From the NCBI GenBank assembly GCA_950097015.1, contig CATNEN010000029.1, positions 992,001 to 1,056,000 of the forward strand: a stretch of DNA of 64,000 nucleotides. The letters run 5' to 3'. Made by a program: the position numbers and the translations under genes. Shown here one piece after another: positions 1-11,870 of this stretch (positions are counted from its first letter, which is position 1; every line of letters starts with the position of its first letter). The notes below the pieces were generated by a model. It was given only the letters and a program-made list of their open reading frames with translations, was not told the DNA's origin and did no database searches. The stretch comes from Macrostomum hystrix. Taxonomy: Eukaryota; Animalia; Platyhelminthes.

Positions 1-967
1 ATATGTTAAAATGATACCTGTTAGTGAGCTTGCTCTATGAATTTATAATGTATTCGCCGTTTACATATCACTGCAGTAGCTAAGTAACATGTACGGTGGT
101 GTAAATGGTAATATTTAACTGTTGGTGAATACGAAAGAAAGTTTAAAAAGGCAGAGAAAAGAAAAATCAAGCATTTTTTCTTGGAAATTTAAACGTTTTT
201 TTACTGATGCTTATTATTAAAAAAAGTTTTAATGTTTCGTAAGACGTTGATGCGCACGAGAAGCTAATTGCAAAACGTCGGATTATATTTTTGCATTGTT
301 GCAAGTCTTAATTGCTTCAAAAAATTAAAAACAGAACATAAAAAATAGAATTAGGACAAATGAATAGAATCAAACCTAGCTGTATATTATTTTCTCGGAA
401 ACTAGAATCCACGAGTGCTTAAGCCATGTCTAACAAATTGACATTGAAAGCTATAAGTAATATACAGAAAGTATTTTGAATTACATTTGAAACGTTGACT
501 CATAAACAATAATTATTACGCTCTATCTATCAGTTATCGCATCAAATAAAACGAAGTGGCCTTTTTTAATTTAAACAAACAATCTATACTGCAGTCCGTA
601 CTACAATTAAAAAAGCAAATAACAGAATAATTAACAAATTTGTACGAAGTTAAGCATGTGCGAACTTGTGCGGATTATATGTGGATTATTGCACATTTAA
701 CAGTAAAATATTCTGGTGCATTTTATATTAGAGTGGTGAAGGAAAATTAATTATTAAAATTTATAAACCAATTTTTTAATCCCTAATTGTTAGTGTAAGG
801 GAATAGCTATTCTTAATGGTACGCATTAACAGTCCAGGAAAGCAAAGTTATTTAACGTATTAAAACTCGTATTAATTCTTTTACACTAAAATGCGTTTTC
901 AGTAGAATTCAGAATGCTCAATAAAAGATCAATCAGAGTAAATCTTACTCTCTCAGCCATCTTTTCT

Positions 968-1091
968 TCAAAAGCTGGACAAGGATTCGAGTCGCTGTCT
1001 CTGGGTCTGGCCATTACTGCCGTTGCCAAGCGGGCAGTACTTGATGGTGTGGGCCTTGCTGCCGGAGGCACCGCAGATCGGGCACACGTAC
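968..1091 (-). CDS. nanos: nanos, coding exon 3 containing second CCHC knuckle and stop
   Basis: Acceptor CTTCTAAG| at 1092/1091. AG+G restores Arg, then YVCPICGASGSKAHTIKYCP, the canonical Nanos second finger; TGA at 970-968. Confidence 0.93.
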
Positions 1092-1224
1092 CTTAGAAGG
1101 GCGGACGGGGAAAGCAATTTGAACAATATATAGGATGCTTTCGCTGTGGTACTTATTGCTCTACTTATAGTAGAGAGTAGTGCGCAATAAAATATTGTAG
1201 AATATTCCAATGGACATCAAAGGC

Positions 1225-1430
1225 GAGAGAAAAAATAATCCGTAATATGAGAGAATAATGTAGGATGGGAATATTAAAATGAAGGATGGGATAATGGAAA
1301 AAAATTAAAAGAGGAGAATGAAAGATGGAAGAGGAGAATGTAGGATGGGAATAGAAGAATATCCAATGGGAAAAGGATGGTGTAGTATTGGAATAGAAGA
1401 ATGTAGGATGGGAAGAGGAGAATATAGGAT
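1225..1430. repeat. Degenerate purine-rich tandem repeat in nanos intron 2
   Basis: Recurrent GAAT(G/A)TAGGATGGGA-like units. Confidence 0.55.
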
Positions 1431-1484
1431 GCAAAGGGGAGAATTCGCTACGGAATTGTATTCAGCAGCAGCTGCATGGCTCAC

Positions 1485-1896
1485 CTAAACAGTACCGGGC
1501 AGGTGACATTGCCGTTGATGTCGGCCAGGCGGTGGCTGGTGTACACGTGGAAGGGCTCCTGGTTCTGTCTGCAGAAGGCGCACAGCTCGATGCGCATCTC
1601 ACGCCTCTTCTGGTGGTGCATCTTGAGCTTGGCTAGGAAGGCCAGAAGGGTGGACTTGTCCACCACGATGCGGTTGGAGCCCAGCTCCGGCTGCTGACGG
1701 TGGTGACCGCTGTTGATGTCGCCAGCGGAGCTCAGAGTGGACGGCTGCAGCGGTGCGCAGCAGGTGACGGACGCGATCCACCTGTCAATCTCGTGTCCGA
1801 TGCCGAGCTTTGCCAGCGGTTGCAGCTGCTGGTGCATCGGTTGAGCAGGCGGTGTCCCAATTGGCTGAGGCCTCATCTGACCATCCCGCTTGCGCT
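1485..1896 (-). CDS. nanos: nanos, coding exon 2 containing first CCHC zinc knuckle
   Basis: Encodes CAFCRQNQEPFHVYTSHRLADINGNVTCPVLF, the Nanos zinc-finger pattern. Acceptor CAAACAG| at 1897/1896; donor TTTAG|GTGAG at 1485/1484. Confidence 0.93.
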
Positions 1897-1933
1897 CTGT
1901 TTGGGTTGCGTTAAAAATATTTATTAGGTTTAA

Positions 1934-2596
1934 TCCGGCCCGCCAACTCCAGATGCGGCCCTCGAAGCTCCCCAATCCGGCATGTTGCCCATTCCAGTGT
2001 ATTGTGTACTGTGTTCCGACACAGTCTCATCTATCTCGTGCCTCATCTCTCCCGTGTCTCATCTCTCCCGTGTCTCATCTCTCCCGTGTCTCATCTCTCC
2101 CGTGTCTCATCTCTCCCGTGTCTCATCTCTCCCGTGTCTCATCTCTCCCGTGTCTCATCTCTCCCGTGTCTCATCTCTCCCGTGTCTCATCTCTCCCGTG
2201 TCTCATCTCTCCCGTGTCTCATCTCTCCCGTGTCTCATCTCTCCCGTGTCTCATCTATCTCGTGCCTCATCTCTCCCGTGTCTCATCACTCCCGTGTCTC
2301 ATCTCTCCCGTGTCTCATCTCTCCCGTGTCTCATCTCTCCCGTGTCTCATCACTGCCGTGTCTCATCTCTCCCGTGTCTCATCTATCTCGTGTCTCATCT
2401 CTCCCGTGACTCATCTCTCCCGTGTCTCATCTATCTCGTGTCTCATCTCTCCCGTGACTCATCTCTCCCGTGTCTCATCTCTCCCGTGTCTCATCACTCC
2501 CCTATCTAAAATTTATACTGTCAATGCGGCTCACTGCAGCTGTCGACTTTAGGTTTTCTTTTTGGCCCGCTAGCTAATAAGTTTGCCGATCCGAGG
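1934..2596 (+). mobile_element. Degraded hAT-type MITE with 16-bp minisatellite, in nanos intron 1
   Basis: Both flanks match the reverse complement of 33856-34587 (CCAGATGCGGCCCTCGAAGCTCCCA; TTTGGCCCGCTAGCTAATAAGTTT). It has the same internal TCTCATCTCTCCCGTG array at ~2025-2500. Termini are eroded and no TSD is visible. Confidence 0.8.
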
Positions 2597-2638
2597 TTCA
2601 AATCAAAGAATTGAAAAACAAAATCAAAACAAACTCAC

Positions 2639-2891
2639 CAGAATCTGGCAGATTGTGCGGCTCAGTCTTACAACTGAATTCGCTGATGTCATCGCAACTA
2701 GAAAGCCGTCTCCACCCTAGCTGACCAAAGTCAGCAATCAACTCGTTGAGATTGACGCCGTTATTGTCAGACGCTCCGGCGTCCGAGGCAAACAGCAGAC
2801 TAGCCCCAGATGTCGAGCCCCAGATGGACGCCAATTCTTCGTGACGATTGCTGCTGCAGAGCAGCTGCCTGTTTGAATTGTAGTGCTGCAT
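2639..2891 (-). CDS. nanos: nanos, coding exon 1 (ATG 2891; MQHYNSNRQ...HNLPDS, phase-1 donor)
   Basis: First ATG downstream of a TATA box. The exon ends at TCTG|GTGAGT (intron starts 2638). Phase 1 matches the acceptor at 1896 and gives an open 262-aa frame. Confidence 0.7.
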
Positions 2892-2986
2892 TTCTAATGA
2901 TTTTTCTTCTTTAATCAACTTCTGTGGCTTTAATATGGATGATGGAGAATTTTTTAAAGGGTTTTGCGGACGTCGCGCCACGCGCC

Positions 2987-3042
2987 TATTTATAGAGGGG
3001 TGAGAGGGGGAAGGAATCGCCGCCTAAGCGGTCCAGCCAATT
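2987..3042 (-). promoter_or_regulatory. nanos core promoter: TATAAATA box plus nearby CCAAT
   Basis: TATAAATA on the minus strand at 2994-2987, about 95 nt upstream of the ATG. CCAAT on the plus strand near 3036-3041. Confidence 0.5.
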
Positions 3043-3651
3043 AGAAGCGGTTAAGGGTTTCAAGGGTTGGCTGGAAGGGTGTGAAGTATCGCATGCTGCG
3101 GCGGCTGTTTAGGAGGCGTGAAGACTGAGCCTGCCACTGGGCGGGGAGGCGCAATAGAACCCAGCCTGAATGAGTCATCAAGATATAGATAAGGCGTTTT
3201 CGCACCTCGATTGTTTCGCTAGGATCACAAAACACCTTAGCAACTAAGCAGCTAGCTATAGTCTTGTGATTTTGGTGATTTTCTGATTTTGATTTCGGTT
3301 AAATCTTAGTTAAATTGTCATCATAAAAACACTCAGGGTGCGAAAGAGAATTTAAGTTGTTGCTATACCTTTTCACCAGCTCGCTCGCCAAAGCGGTTGC
3401 TAAGCGGTTTCTGATGCGCGTAAAATTTACGATAAGCATTTTTATTTTACTGATTGTGTCCAGGAATAATATCCAAGCAACACACAAAGAAAATAAATTT
3501 TGGCACTGTCCGACATTTGCCATTTTCTCCATGATGTTTTTTTTTCTTAACAAATAATATAGTGCATAAAACCTATCGTTAATAGTCACATTTATGCATT
3601 ATTTTTGTAACTGCGGTCGTCCTTTGGAATTGAGTAGACTTTCTTCGGAGT

Positions 3652-4110
3652 TCAGAAGATAAACTTTTGGGTTGAGTAGATAAACTTTTGGGTTGAGTAG
3701 ATAAACTTTTGGGTTGAGTAGATAAGCTTTAGAGTTGAGTATATAAGCTTAAGGGTTGAGTAGATAAGCTTTGGAGTTCAGTAGATAAGCTTTGGAGTTG
3801 AGTAGATAAGCTTTGGAGTTGAGTAGATAAGCTTTGGAGTTGAGTAGATAAGCTTTGGAGTTGAGTAGATAAGCTTTGGGGTTGAGTAGATAAGCTTTGG
3901 GGTTGAGTAGATAAGCTTTGGAGTTGAGTAGATAAGCTTTGGAGTTGAGTAGATAAGCTTTAGAGTTGAGAAGATAAGCTTTGGAGTTGAGTAGATAAGC
4001 TTTGGAGTTGAGTAGATAAGCTTTGGAGTTGAGTAGATAAGCTTTGGGGTTGAGTAGATAAGCTTTGGAGTTGACTAAATAAACTTTGGAGTAGAGTAGA
4101 CTTACTTTGG
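3652..4110. repeat. 21-bp minisatellite GAGTAGATAAGCTTTGGAGTT
   Basis: About 21 tandem units read directly. Confidence 0.95.
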
Positions 4111-4599
4111 AATTGAGTAGTGTTAGTTCTGAGTAGTGTGGACGAAACGAGTTTTCAATTATTCATATTTGCAATAAACATTTTGTGGTGTGCTTATGAT
4201 TGTGGAATCATCTCATGCGATACAATTTTGAATTCCATTTAGCATATATTTATAGTTTTACTATACGTATTAACTTCGGCCTGTCCAAACTGACTATTCG
4301 GTAATATGAGTATTATCCGGATAATCCGGATTTAATTTTCTGGTCGGCGGCATCTCTCTGTCGTGGTTGTGACCAATGCATTAGGCCATAGTATAAGTTA
4401 TATTATACGAGTATTGCAACTGCATGTTCTGTGTTGTGTGCTATCTGTGTGTTAGGATAAATATTAGGATCGACATGGAGTCATGTTTTAAATTGCGTGA
4501 CTGTCGCTTTTAGATATTGACAGCTCTGCATAAAGGACGTTTGAGAAATGAATTAATTAATTAAAATTAATAATTGATAACACCTACCCTGATTAGGCC

Positions 4600-4775
4600 T
4601 CCATCTGAGGGCTGCGTACGGCTGTTCAGTCCATGGACAGGAGGGACGCCACACCCACCCTCAATTATCAATGCAATGCGGAGTTAAGTGTCTCGCTAAA
4701 GGACACAAAGTTTGGAATCGGGAATCGAACCCCCGACCTTCAAGGCGTGTCTCACGATCTAACCACTAGGCTACC
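4600..4775 (-). mobile_element. tRNA-derived SINE (family A), internally deleted copy
   Basis: Minus strand has A-box-like TAGCCTAGTGGTTAG and B-box GGTTCGATTCCC. The body (GTGTCCTTTAGCGAGACACTTAACTC; GTCCATGGACTGAACAGCCGTA) matches 43660-43920. Confidence 0.75.
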
Positions 4776-5649
4776 TCCCCCTAAATAGATAAAAAAAGCT
4801 CGCAAATGACACCACGCTGAGAGTAGAATTCCAATTTGATAAAAATATAAGAGAGAGGAAAATTCCCAGATAAAAGATTCTAAACAAAATATCTATCGAT
4901 ACGAGTATTCGATAAATGTGCAACGGGACTGAGCAGAAACAAGTGTATTGTCTAATAGTACGATAGCACTGAAAGGATCGAAGGAATTTAAGTTTACGTG
5001 TTATAATATCAAAAGGACACTATAGAGCTATACGACCATATGTAATATAGTGCACATGCACATGCACATGCAGTTACTCGCAAAATTAGCTATAATAAGC
5101 ATATTTTATAAGCTATACTTGCGTATAGAAAGGGCCAAAGTTGCAATAGAAGCACACATATACAGTAGTGGGGCATAAAGTATGCAGCAATTAATCATAT
5201 CAGATCATTTTCGTCGGCAAAGTAGTAAGTCTATCTCCATTATAAAAAATGCTGTCAGACCCCCGTCAGACAAGCTCGCATGAGTGTCGATTTCAACATT
5301 TTGACGTTGCAAAAATAGAAATTATATAAATTCGTATAGTCATATAGTTACAATATTAGAATAGAATAGCTTGCGCTGTGACTTAGCGTAGTCAAAGTTG
5401 CGAATAACAAAACTCATGGGAATATAAGTATTTCTACATTTTTTCTCCAAATGCTTTTTCCTTGAAGCGGCACGAAGGCAGAAGAGAGACGGCTTATTTT
5501 CTTTTAGTCTTTATCAAATGTGCACAATCTTTTTATTTTGTTCTATAGAAGGGTAGATAAATATATTTGGTGATGTAACATGTTTCGGCTTGGGGTTCCA
5601 GATCGGAAATGGGGTAACTGGCTTCATTCTGTGACGGGAAGCGAAACTT

Positions 5650-6252
5650 TTGAAAATCCCGAATACATTTTGGGATTTGGGAAAATCTGGATTCGGAATA
5701 CCTTGGGATTCGGAAGGAAAAAAGATTTGGGAAACATTTGGGGATTCGGAACACGTTTAAGGGTTCGGAACACGCTTTGGGATTCGGAACACGCTTTGGG
5801 ATTCGGAACACATTTCGGGATTCGGAACACATTTTGGGATTCGGAACACATTTTGGGATTCAGAACACATTTTGGGATTCGGAACACATTTTGGGATTCG
5901 GAACACCTTTTGGGATTCGGAACACCTTTTGGGACTCGGAACACATTTAGGGATTCGGAACACATTTAGGGATTCGGAACACCTTTTGGGACTCAGAACA
6001 CATTTAGGGATTCGGAACATATTTTAGGATCCGGAACAGATTTTGGGATTCGGAACACCTTTTGGGATTCGGAACACGCTTTGGGATTCGGAGCACATTT
6101 CGGGATTCGGAACACATGATAGGAACACATTTTAGGATTCGGAACATATTTCGGGATTCGGAACCCATTATAGGAACACATTTTAGGATTCGGAACACAT
6201 TTTGGGATTCGGAACACATTTTGGGATTCGGAACACATTTTGGGATTCGGAA
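5650..6252. repeat. 19-bp minisatellite TTTTGGGATTCGGAACACA
   Basis: Direct tandem units; explains the 19-aa periodic ORFs. Confidence 0.95.
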
Positions 6253-6842
6253 CAGCTCTTTCAGTCTAGGGACTCGATGTCATATTTGATTAACTTGCTG
6301 GGGATTTTGTGTTATTAGGCTAATTGCTGCTCTCTGATTGTTGCGGGCACAAAATCGAAACGAGCTATTTTAAAATATGCCTTCGAATCTTTAATCCCCT
6401 TAACTAAGCTAATCCCTCAGGGCAGCAAACTTCTGCAGCACCTACTGTACTGAGGCAACCCTTGACCTCACTGCATAGCCAACTTGAGATAGGCAATGCT
6501 GAGTTCGATTTTTTCGGCTTGGATAGAAAAGTGCTCAACTTAACAACTCAAAGCAGGCGTCTTCTTACCCGGCAACATCGGCCGGCCTGTATAATACGAG
6601 AGTATGCTAATCCGGGAAGGGTAAAACTAATACAGAAAAATACACATCATTTCGATGGATCAATGCTATAGATTTTTCTCTTTTCGTAGAATCAAACTCA
6701 GTTTAAAACCCCACATCCTCACACTCGCATATGTTAATCGGTCTGCTTATAGTACTGGTGCAAAAATTACCTAATTACCTAAAATTACCCAGTGAGAAAT
6801 CTAAAACACTAACGAAAAATTACCTGATGAGAACTTTCCAGT

Positions 6843-8068
6843 CCTAATCAGAAATCCCTAATCAGAAATCCCCATTCCTAATCAGAAATCCCAAATCCTA
6901 ATCAGAAATCACCATTCCTAATCAGAAATCCCTAATCAGAAATCCCCATTCCTAATCAGAAATCCCAAATCCTAATCAGAAATCACCATTCCTAATCAGA
7001 AATCCCTAATCAGAAATCCCCATTCCTAATCATAAATCCCTAATCAGAAATCCCCATTCCTAATCAGAAATCCCAAATCCTAATCAGAAATCCCCATTCC
7101 TAATCAGAAATCCCAAATCCTAATCAGAAATCACCATTACTAATCAGAAATCCCTAATCAGATATCCCCATTCCTAATCAGAAATCCCCATTCCTAATCA
7201 GAAATCCCTAATCAGAAATCCCTAATCAGAAATCCCTAATCAGAAATCCCCAGTCCTAATCAGAAATCCCCATTCCTAATCAGAAATCCCTAATCAGAAA
7301 TCACCATTCCTAATCAGAAATCCCAAATCCTAATCAGAAATCACCATTCCTAATCAGAAATCCCAAATCCTAATCAGAAATCACCATTCCTAATCAGAAA
7401 TCCCAAATCCTAATCAGAAATCACCATTCCTAATCAGAAATCCCAAATCCTAATCAGAAATCACCATTCCTAATCAGAAATCCCTAATCAGAAATCCCCA
7501 TTCCGAATCAGAAATCCCCATTCCTAATCAGAAATCCCTAATCAGAAATCCCCATTCCTAATCAGAAATCCCAAATCCTAATCAGAAATCCCCATTCCTA
7601 ATCAGAAATCCCAAATCCTAATCAGAAATCACCATTACTAATCAGAAATCCCTAATCAGAAATCCCCATTCCTAATCAGAAATCCCTAATCAGAAATCCC
7701 TAATCAGAAATCCATAATCAGAAATCCCTAATCAGAAATCCCCAGTCCTAATCAGAAATCCCAAATCCTAATCAGAAATCAACATTCCTAATCAGAAATC
7801 ACCATTCCTAATCAGAAATCACCATTCCTAATCAGAAATCAACATTCCTAATCAGAAATCACCATTCCTTTTCAGTAATCCCGATTCCTAATGAGAAATC
7901 CCGATTCCTAATGAGAAATCCCGATTCCTAATGAGAAATCCCGATTCCTAATGAGAAATCCCCATTCCTAATGAGAAATCCCCATTCCTAATGAGAAATC
8001 CCCATTCCTAACGAGAAATCCCCATTCCTAATCAGATATCCCCATTCCCAATCAGAATTCCCCATTCA
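6843..8068. repeat. 14/20-bp minisatellite CCTAATCAGAAATC(CCCATT)
   Basis: Mixed 14- and 20-bp units; the right end drifts to CCTAATGAGAAATCCCGATT. Confidence 0.95.
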
Positions 8069-8740
8069 TGGGGATTAGAATAACAAATACAACTAATTAG
8101 CGTAGTATAGAGACAATCTTCAGTAACCAAAGCAACAGAAATGCATCAACATCAATGGTTTTCTCTGATTCATTTACCGTTTGAAATGTAAACAAACATC
8201 GAGTGTTATTGATGTATAAATACGAGCATTTTTTATAGAAATAGTTTTTGATCTATGTAAGCGCAACCATGTACTTGAAAATCTAACTGCATGCGTTGGT
8301 GGCGCGGTGGGATAAAACTCCCACCATTCGCTTGTTTGTGGAGGGAGTGGGATATTTTAGGAGTGGTGGGATTTGCGGTTGGGATTGGTTGAATGCCGGA
8401 TGTAAAGATGTAAACCCGAATGCCCCACTTTCCTATCATTCACGCGGCAATCAGCTCTGTGCATGAAGGACGCAGTGCCTCCACCCCCTGCAGATCCCAC
8501 GCCATCCAATCCTCATTAGGTCTTGAATGGTCGAATATTATTAGCCAACTCGCAATGTATATAATGCATAGCGCCGAGGAAGATAAATCTAAGATAGAAA
8601 GAGAAAAAGTTTAAAGCAAGCCGGAGCGCATAGCAACAGCTTTCTTACAGGTTTTTTAAGCAACAGATTTCATGATCACATGCAACGTTTTAGTAGCTAC
8701 TCTATAGCCCATAAATCTTGGCATCAATCTAAACTCTGCT

Positions 8741-8757
8741 ATGCCAATTTGTTCTAG
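8741..8757 (+). CDS. Probable first coding exon of the Ly6/uPAR gene (MPICS+AG)
   Basis: ATG followed by a perfect donor CTAG|GTAAGT, phase 2. It is compatible with phase-2 CAG acceptors at ~11870 and supplies the missing start codon. Inferred, with no transcript evidence. Confidence 0.45.
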
Positions 8758-8825
8758 GTAAGTTGTGCATCTACTTCTAGATATCATAACTTAATTGTCA
8801 GTTAGATTTCGCAACTTTTTAATGG

Positions 8826-11362
8826 GGATGGTGACCTACTAGAGTAATGGGAGAGAGGATGGTGACCTACTAGAGTAATGGGAGAGAGGATGGTGACCTA
8901 CAGAGTAATGGGAGAGAGGATGGTGACCTACTAGAGTAATGGGAGAGAGGATGGTGACCTACAGAGTAATGGGAGAGAGGATGGTGACCTACTAGAGTAA
9001 TGGGAGAGAGGATGGTGACCTACAGAGTAATGGGAGAGAGGATGGTGACCTACTAGAGTGATGGGAGAGAGGATGGTGACCTACTAGAGTAATGGGAGAG
9101 AGGATGGTGACCTACAGAGTAATGGGAGAGAGGATGGTGACCTACTAGAGTAATGGGAGAGAGGATGGTGACCTACAGAGTAATGGGAGAGAGGATGGTG
9201 ACCTAAAGAGTAATGGGAGAGAGGATGGTGACCTACAGAGTAATGGGAGAGAGGATGGTGACCTACTTGAGTGATGGGAGAGGGGATGATGACCTACTTG
9301 AGTGATGGGAGAGGGGATGGTGACCTACTTGAGTGATGGGAGAGGGGATGATGACCTACTTGAGTGATGGGAGAGGGGATGATGACCTACTTGAGTGATG
9401 GGAGAGAGGATGCTGACCTACTAGAGTGATGGGAGAGAGGATGGTGACCTACTAGAGTAATGGGAGAGAGGATGGTGACCTACTAGAGTAATGGGAGAGA
9501 GGATGGTGACCTACAGAGTAATGGGAGAGAGGATGGTGACCTACAGAGTAATGGGAGAGAGGATGGTGACCTACTAGAGTAATGGGAGAGAGGATGGTGA
9601 CCTACAGAGTAATGGGAGAGAGGATGGTGACCTACTAGAGTAATGGGAGAGAGGATGGTGACCTACAGAGTAATGGGAGAGAGGATGGTGACCTACTAGA
9701 GTAATGGGAGAGAGGATGGTGACCTACAGAGTAATGGGAGAGAGGATGGTGACCTACAGAGTAATGGGAGAGAGGATGGTGACCTACTAGAGTAATGGGA
9801 GAGAGGATGGTGACCTACAGAGTAATGGGAGAGAGGATGGTGACCTACTAGAGTAATGGGAGAGAGGATGGTGACCTACAGAGTAATGGGAGAGAGGATG
9901 GTGACCTACTAGAGTGATGGGAGAGGGGATGATGACCTACTAGAGTAATGGGAGAGAGGATGGTGACCTACTAGAGTAATGGGAGAGAGGATGGTGACCT
10001 ACTAGAGTGATGGGAGAGGGGATGGTGACCTACTAGAGTAATGGGAGAGAGGATGGTGACCTACTAGAGTAATGGGAGAGGGGATGGTGACCTACTAGAG
10101 TGATGGGAGAGGGGATGGTGACCTACTAGAGTAATGGGAGAGAGGATGGTGACCTACTAGAGTAATGGGAGAGGGGATGGTGACCTACTAGAGTGATGGG
10201 AGAGGGGATGGTGACCTACTAGAGTGATGGGAGAGGGGATGGTGACCTACTAGAGTGATGGGAGAGGGGATGGTGACCTACTAGAGTGATGGGAGAGGGG
10301 ATGGTGACCTACTAGAGTGATGGGAGAGGGGATGGTGACCTACTAGAGTAATGGGAGAGAGGATGGTGACCTACTAGAGTAATGGGAGAGGGGATGGTGA
10401 CCTACTAGAGTGATGGGAGAGGGGATGGTGACCTACTAGAGTAATGGGAGAGAGGATGGTGACCTACTAGAGTAATGGGAGAGGGGATGGTGACCTACTA
10501 GAGTGATGGGAGAGGGGATGGTGACCTACTAGAGTGATGGGAGAGGGGATGGTGACCTACTAGAGTGATGGGAGAGGGGATGGTGACCTACTAGAGTGAT
10601 GGGAGAGGGGATGGTGACCTACTAGAGTGATGGGAGAGGGGATGGTGACCTACTAGAGTGATGGGAGAGGGGATGGTGACCTACTAGAGTGATGGGAGAG
10701 GGGATGGTGACCTACTAGAGTGATGGGAGAGGGGATGGTGACCTACTAGAGTGATGGGAGAGGGGATGGTGACCTACTAGAGTGATGGGAGAGGGGATGG
10801 TGACCTACTAGAGTGATGGGAGAGGGGATGGTGACCTACTAGAGTGATGGGAGAGGGGATGGTGACCTACTAGAGTAATGGGAGAGAGGATGGTGACCTA
10901 CTAGAGTAATGGGAGAGGGGATGGTGACCTACTAGAGTGATGGGAGAGGGGATGGTGACCTACTAGAGTAATGGGAGAGAGGATGGTGACCTACTAGAGT
11001 AATGGGAGAGGGGATGGTGACCTACTAGAGTGATGGGAGAGGGGATGGTGACCTACTAGAGTGATGGGAGAGGGGATGGTGACCTACTAGAGTGATGGGA
11101 GAGGGGATGGTGACCTACTAGAGTGATGGGAGAGGGGATGGTGACCTACTAGAGTGATGGGAGAGGGGATGGTGACCTACTAGAGTGATGGGAGAGGGGA
11201 TGGTGACCTACTAGAGTGATGGGAGAGGGGATGGTGACCTACTAGAGTGATGGGAGAGGGGATGGTGACCTACTAGAGTGATGGGAGAGGGGATGGTGAC
11301 CTACAGAGTAATGGGAGAGAGGATGGTGACCTACTAGAGTGATGGGAGAGGGGATGATGACC
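8826..11362. repeat. 31-bp (29-bp variant) minisatellite GGATGGTGACCTACTAGAGT(A/G)ATGGGAGAG(A/G)
   Basis: About 80 units with a polarised variant gradient. Would lie in Ly6 intron 1. Confidence 0.97.
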
Positions 11363-11695
11363 CACTATAAAAATCATTGCAGGAGGGCTGCGGGCAATGG
11401 CACATCAGTTGGGGACGCTAGACCCGCAGCCTACAAGCAGGCAATTCTGCTGACTCCTGCGCACACACGCACACAGATACCGTACGCAGGCACACGCTCA
11501 CACAGGTGTGTACATCTGCCCTGACTTTCTCATCGTCAGGCAGTGTACACCTTCTGACGGCGTAAATTGCACGAAAAGCTCCCAAGCCTTCTCTCCGCGG
11601 TTGCGCCCCAAGTGAATGTGGCATCGCCGCTGAATCGAGCTCAGGGATCTTGGTGCGAGAGGCAAACGCGTTATACCGCTCTGCCACTCACCCCC
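11363..11695 (-). mobile_element. tRNA-derived SINE (family B)
   Basis: Head GTGGCAGAGCGGTATAACGCGTTTGCC...GAGCTCGATTC. Colinear homolog at 45672-45988. Flanked by ATGATGACC on both sides (11354-11362, 11696-11704), a possible TSD. Confidence 0.8.
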
Positions 11696-11870
11696 ATGAT
11701 GACCATGAGGAGATGAGGAGAGGGAATGATGACCTATTAGAGCGATAATAGAGGGTGCTCCACCAAGGGAACACAATCGCGCACACCTTCAAGGAACATT
11801 ATAGCATCCCTCTCGCGCGACATGGGTGCAGTTAGTTACAATTCCAAAACCTTTCTATCCAATCGAGCAG

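Noticed and set aside
1897-1975. N-terminus MGSFEGRIWSWRAG... of the 164-aa ORF as the nanos start
   Set aside because: It is derived from intron and MITE sequence; a phase-compatible acceptor at 1896 and an upstream exon with TATA box explain the gene better.
11520-11545. CTGACGA...GAAA in SINE B (also ~45848-45865) as a second hammerhead
   Set aside because: Only 3 nt separate the two boxes, so there is no stem II, and the bases are tied up in a CCTGAC/GTCAGG hairpin.
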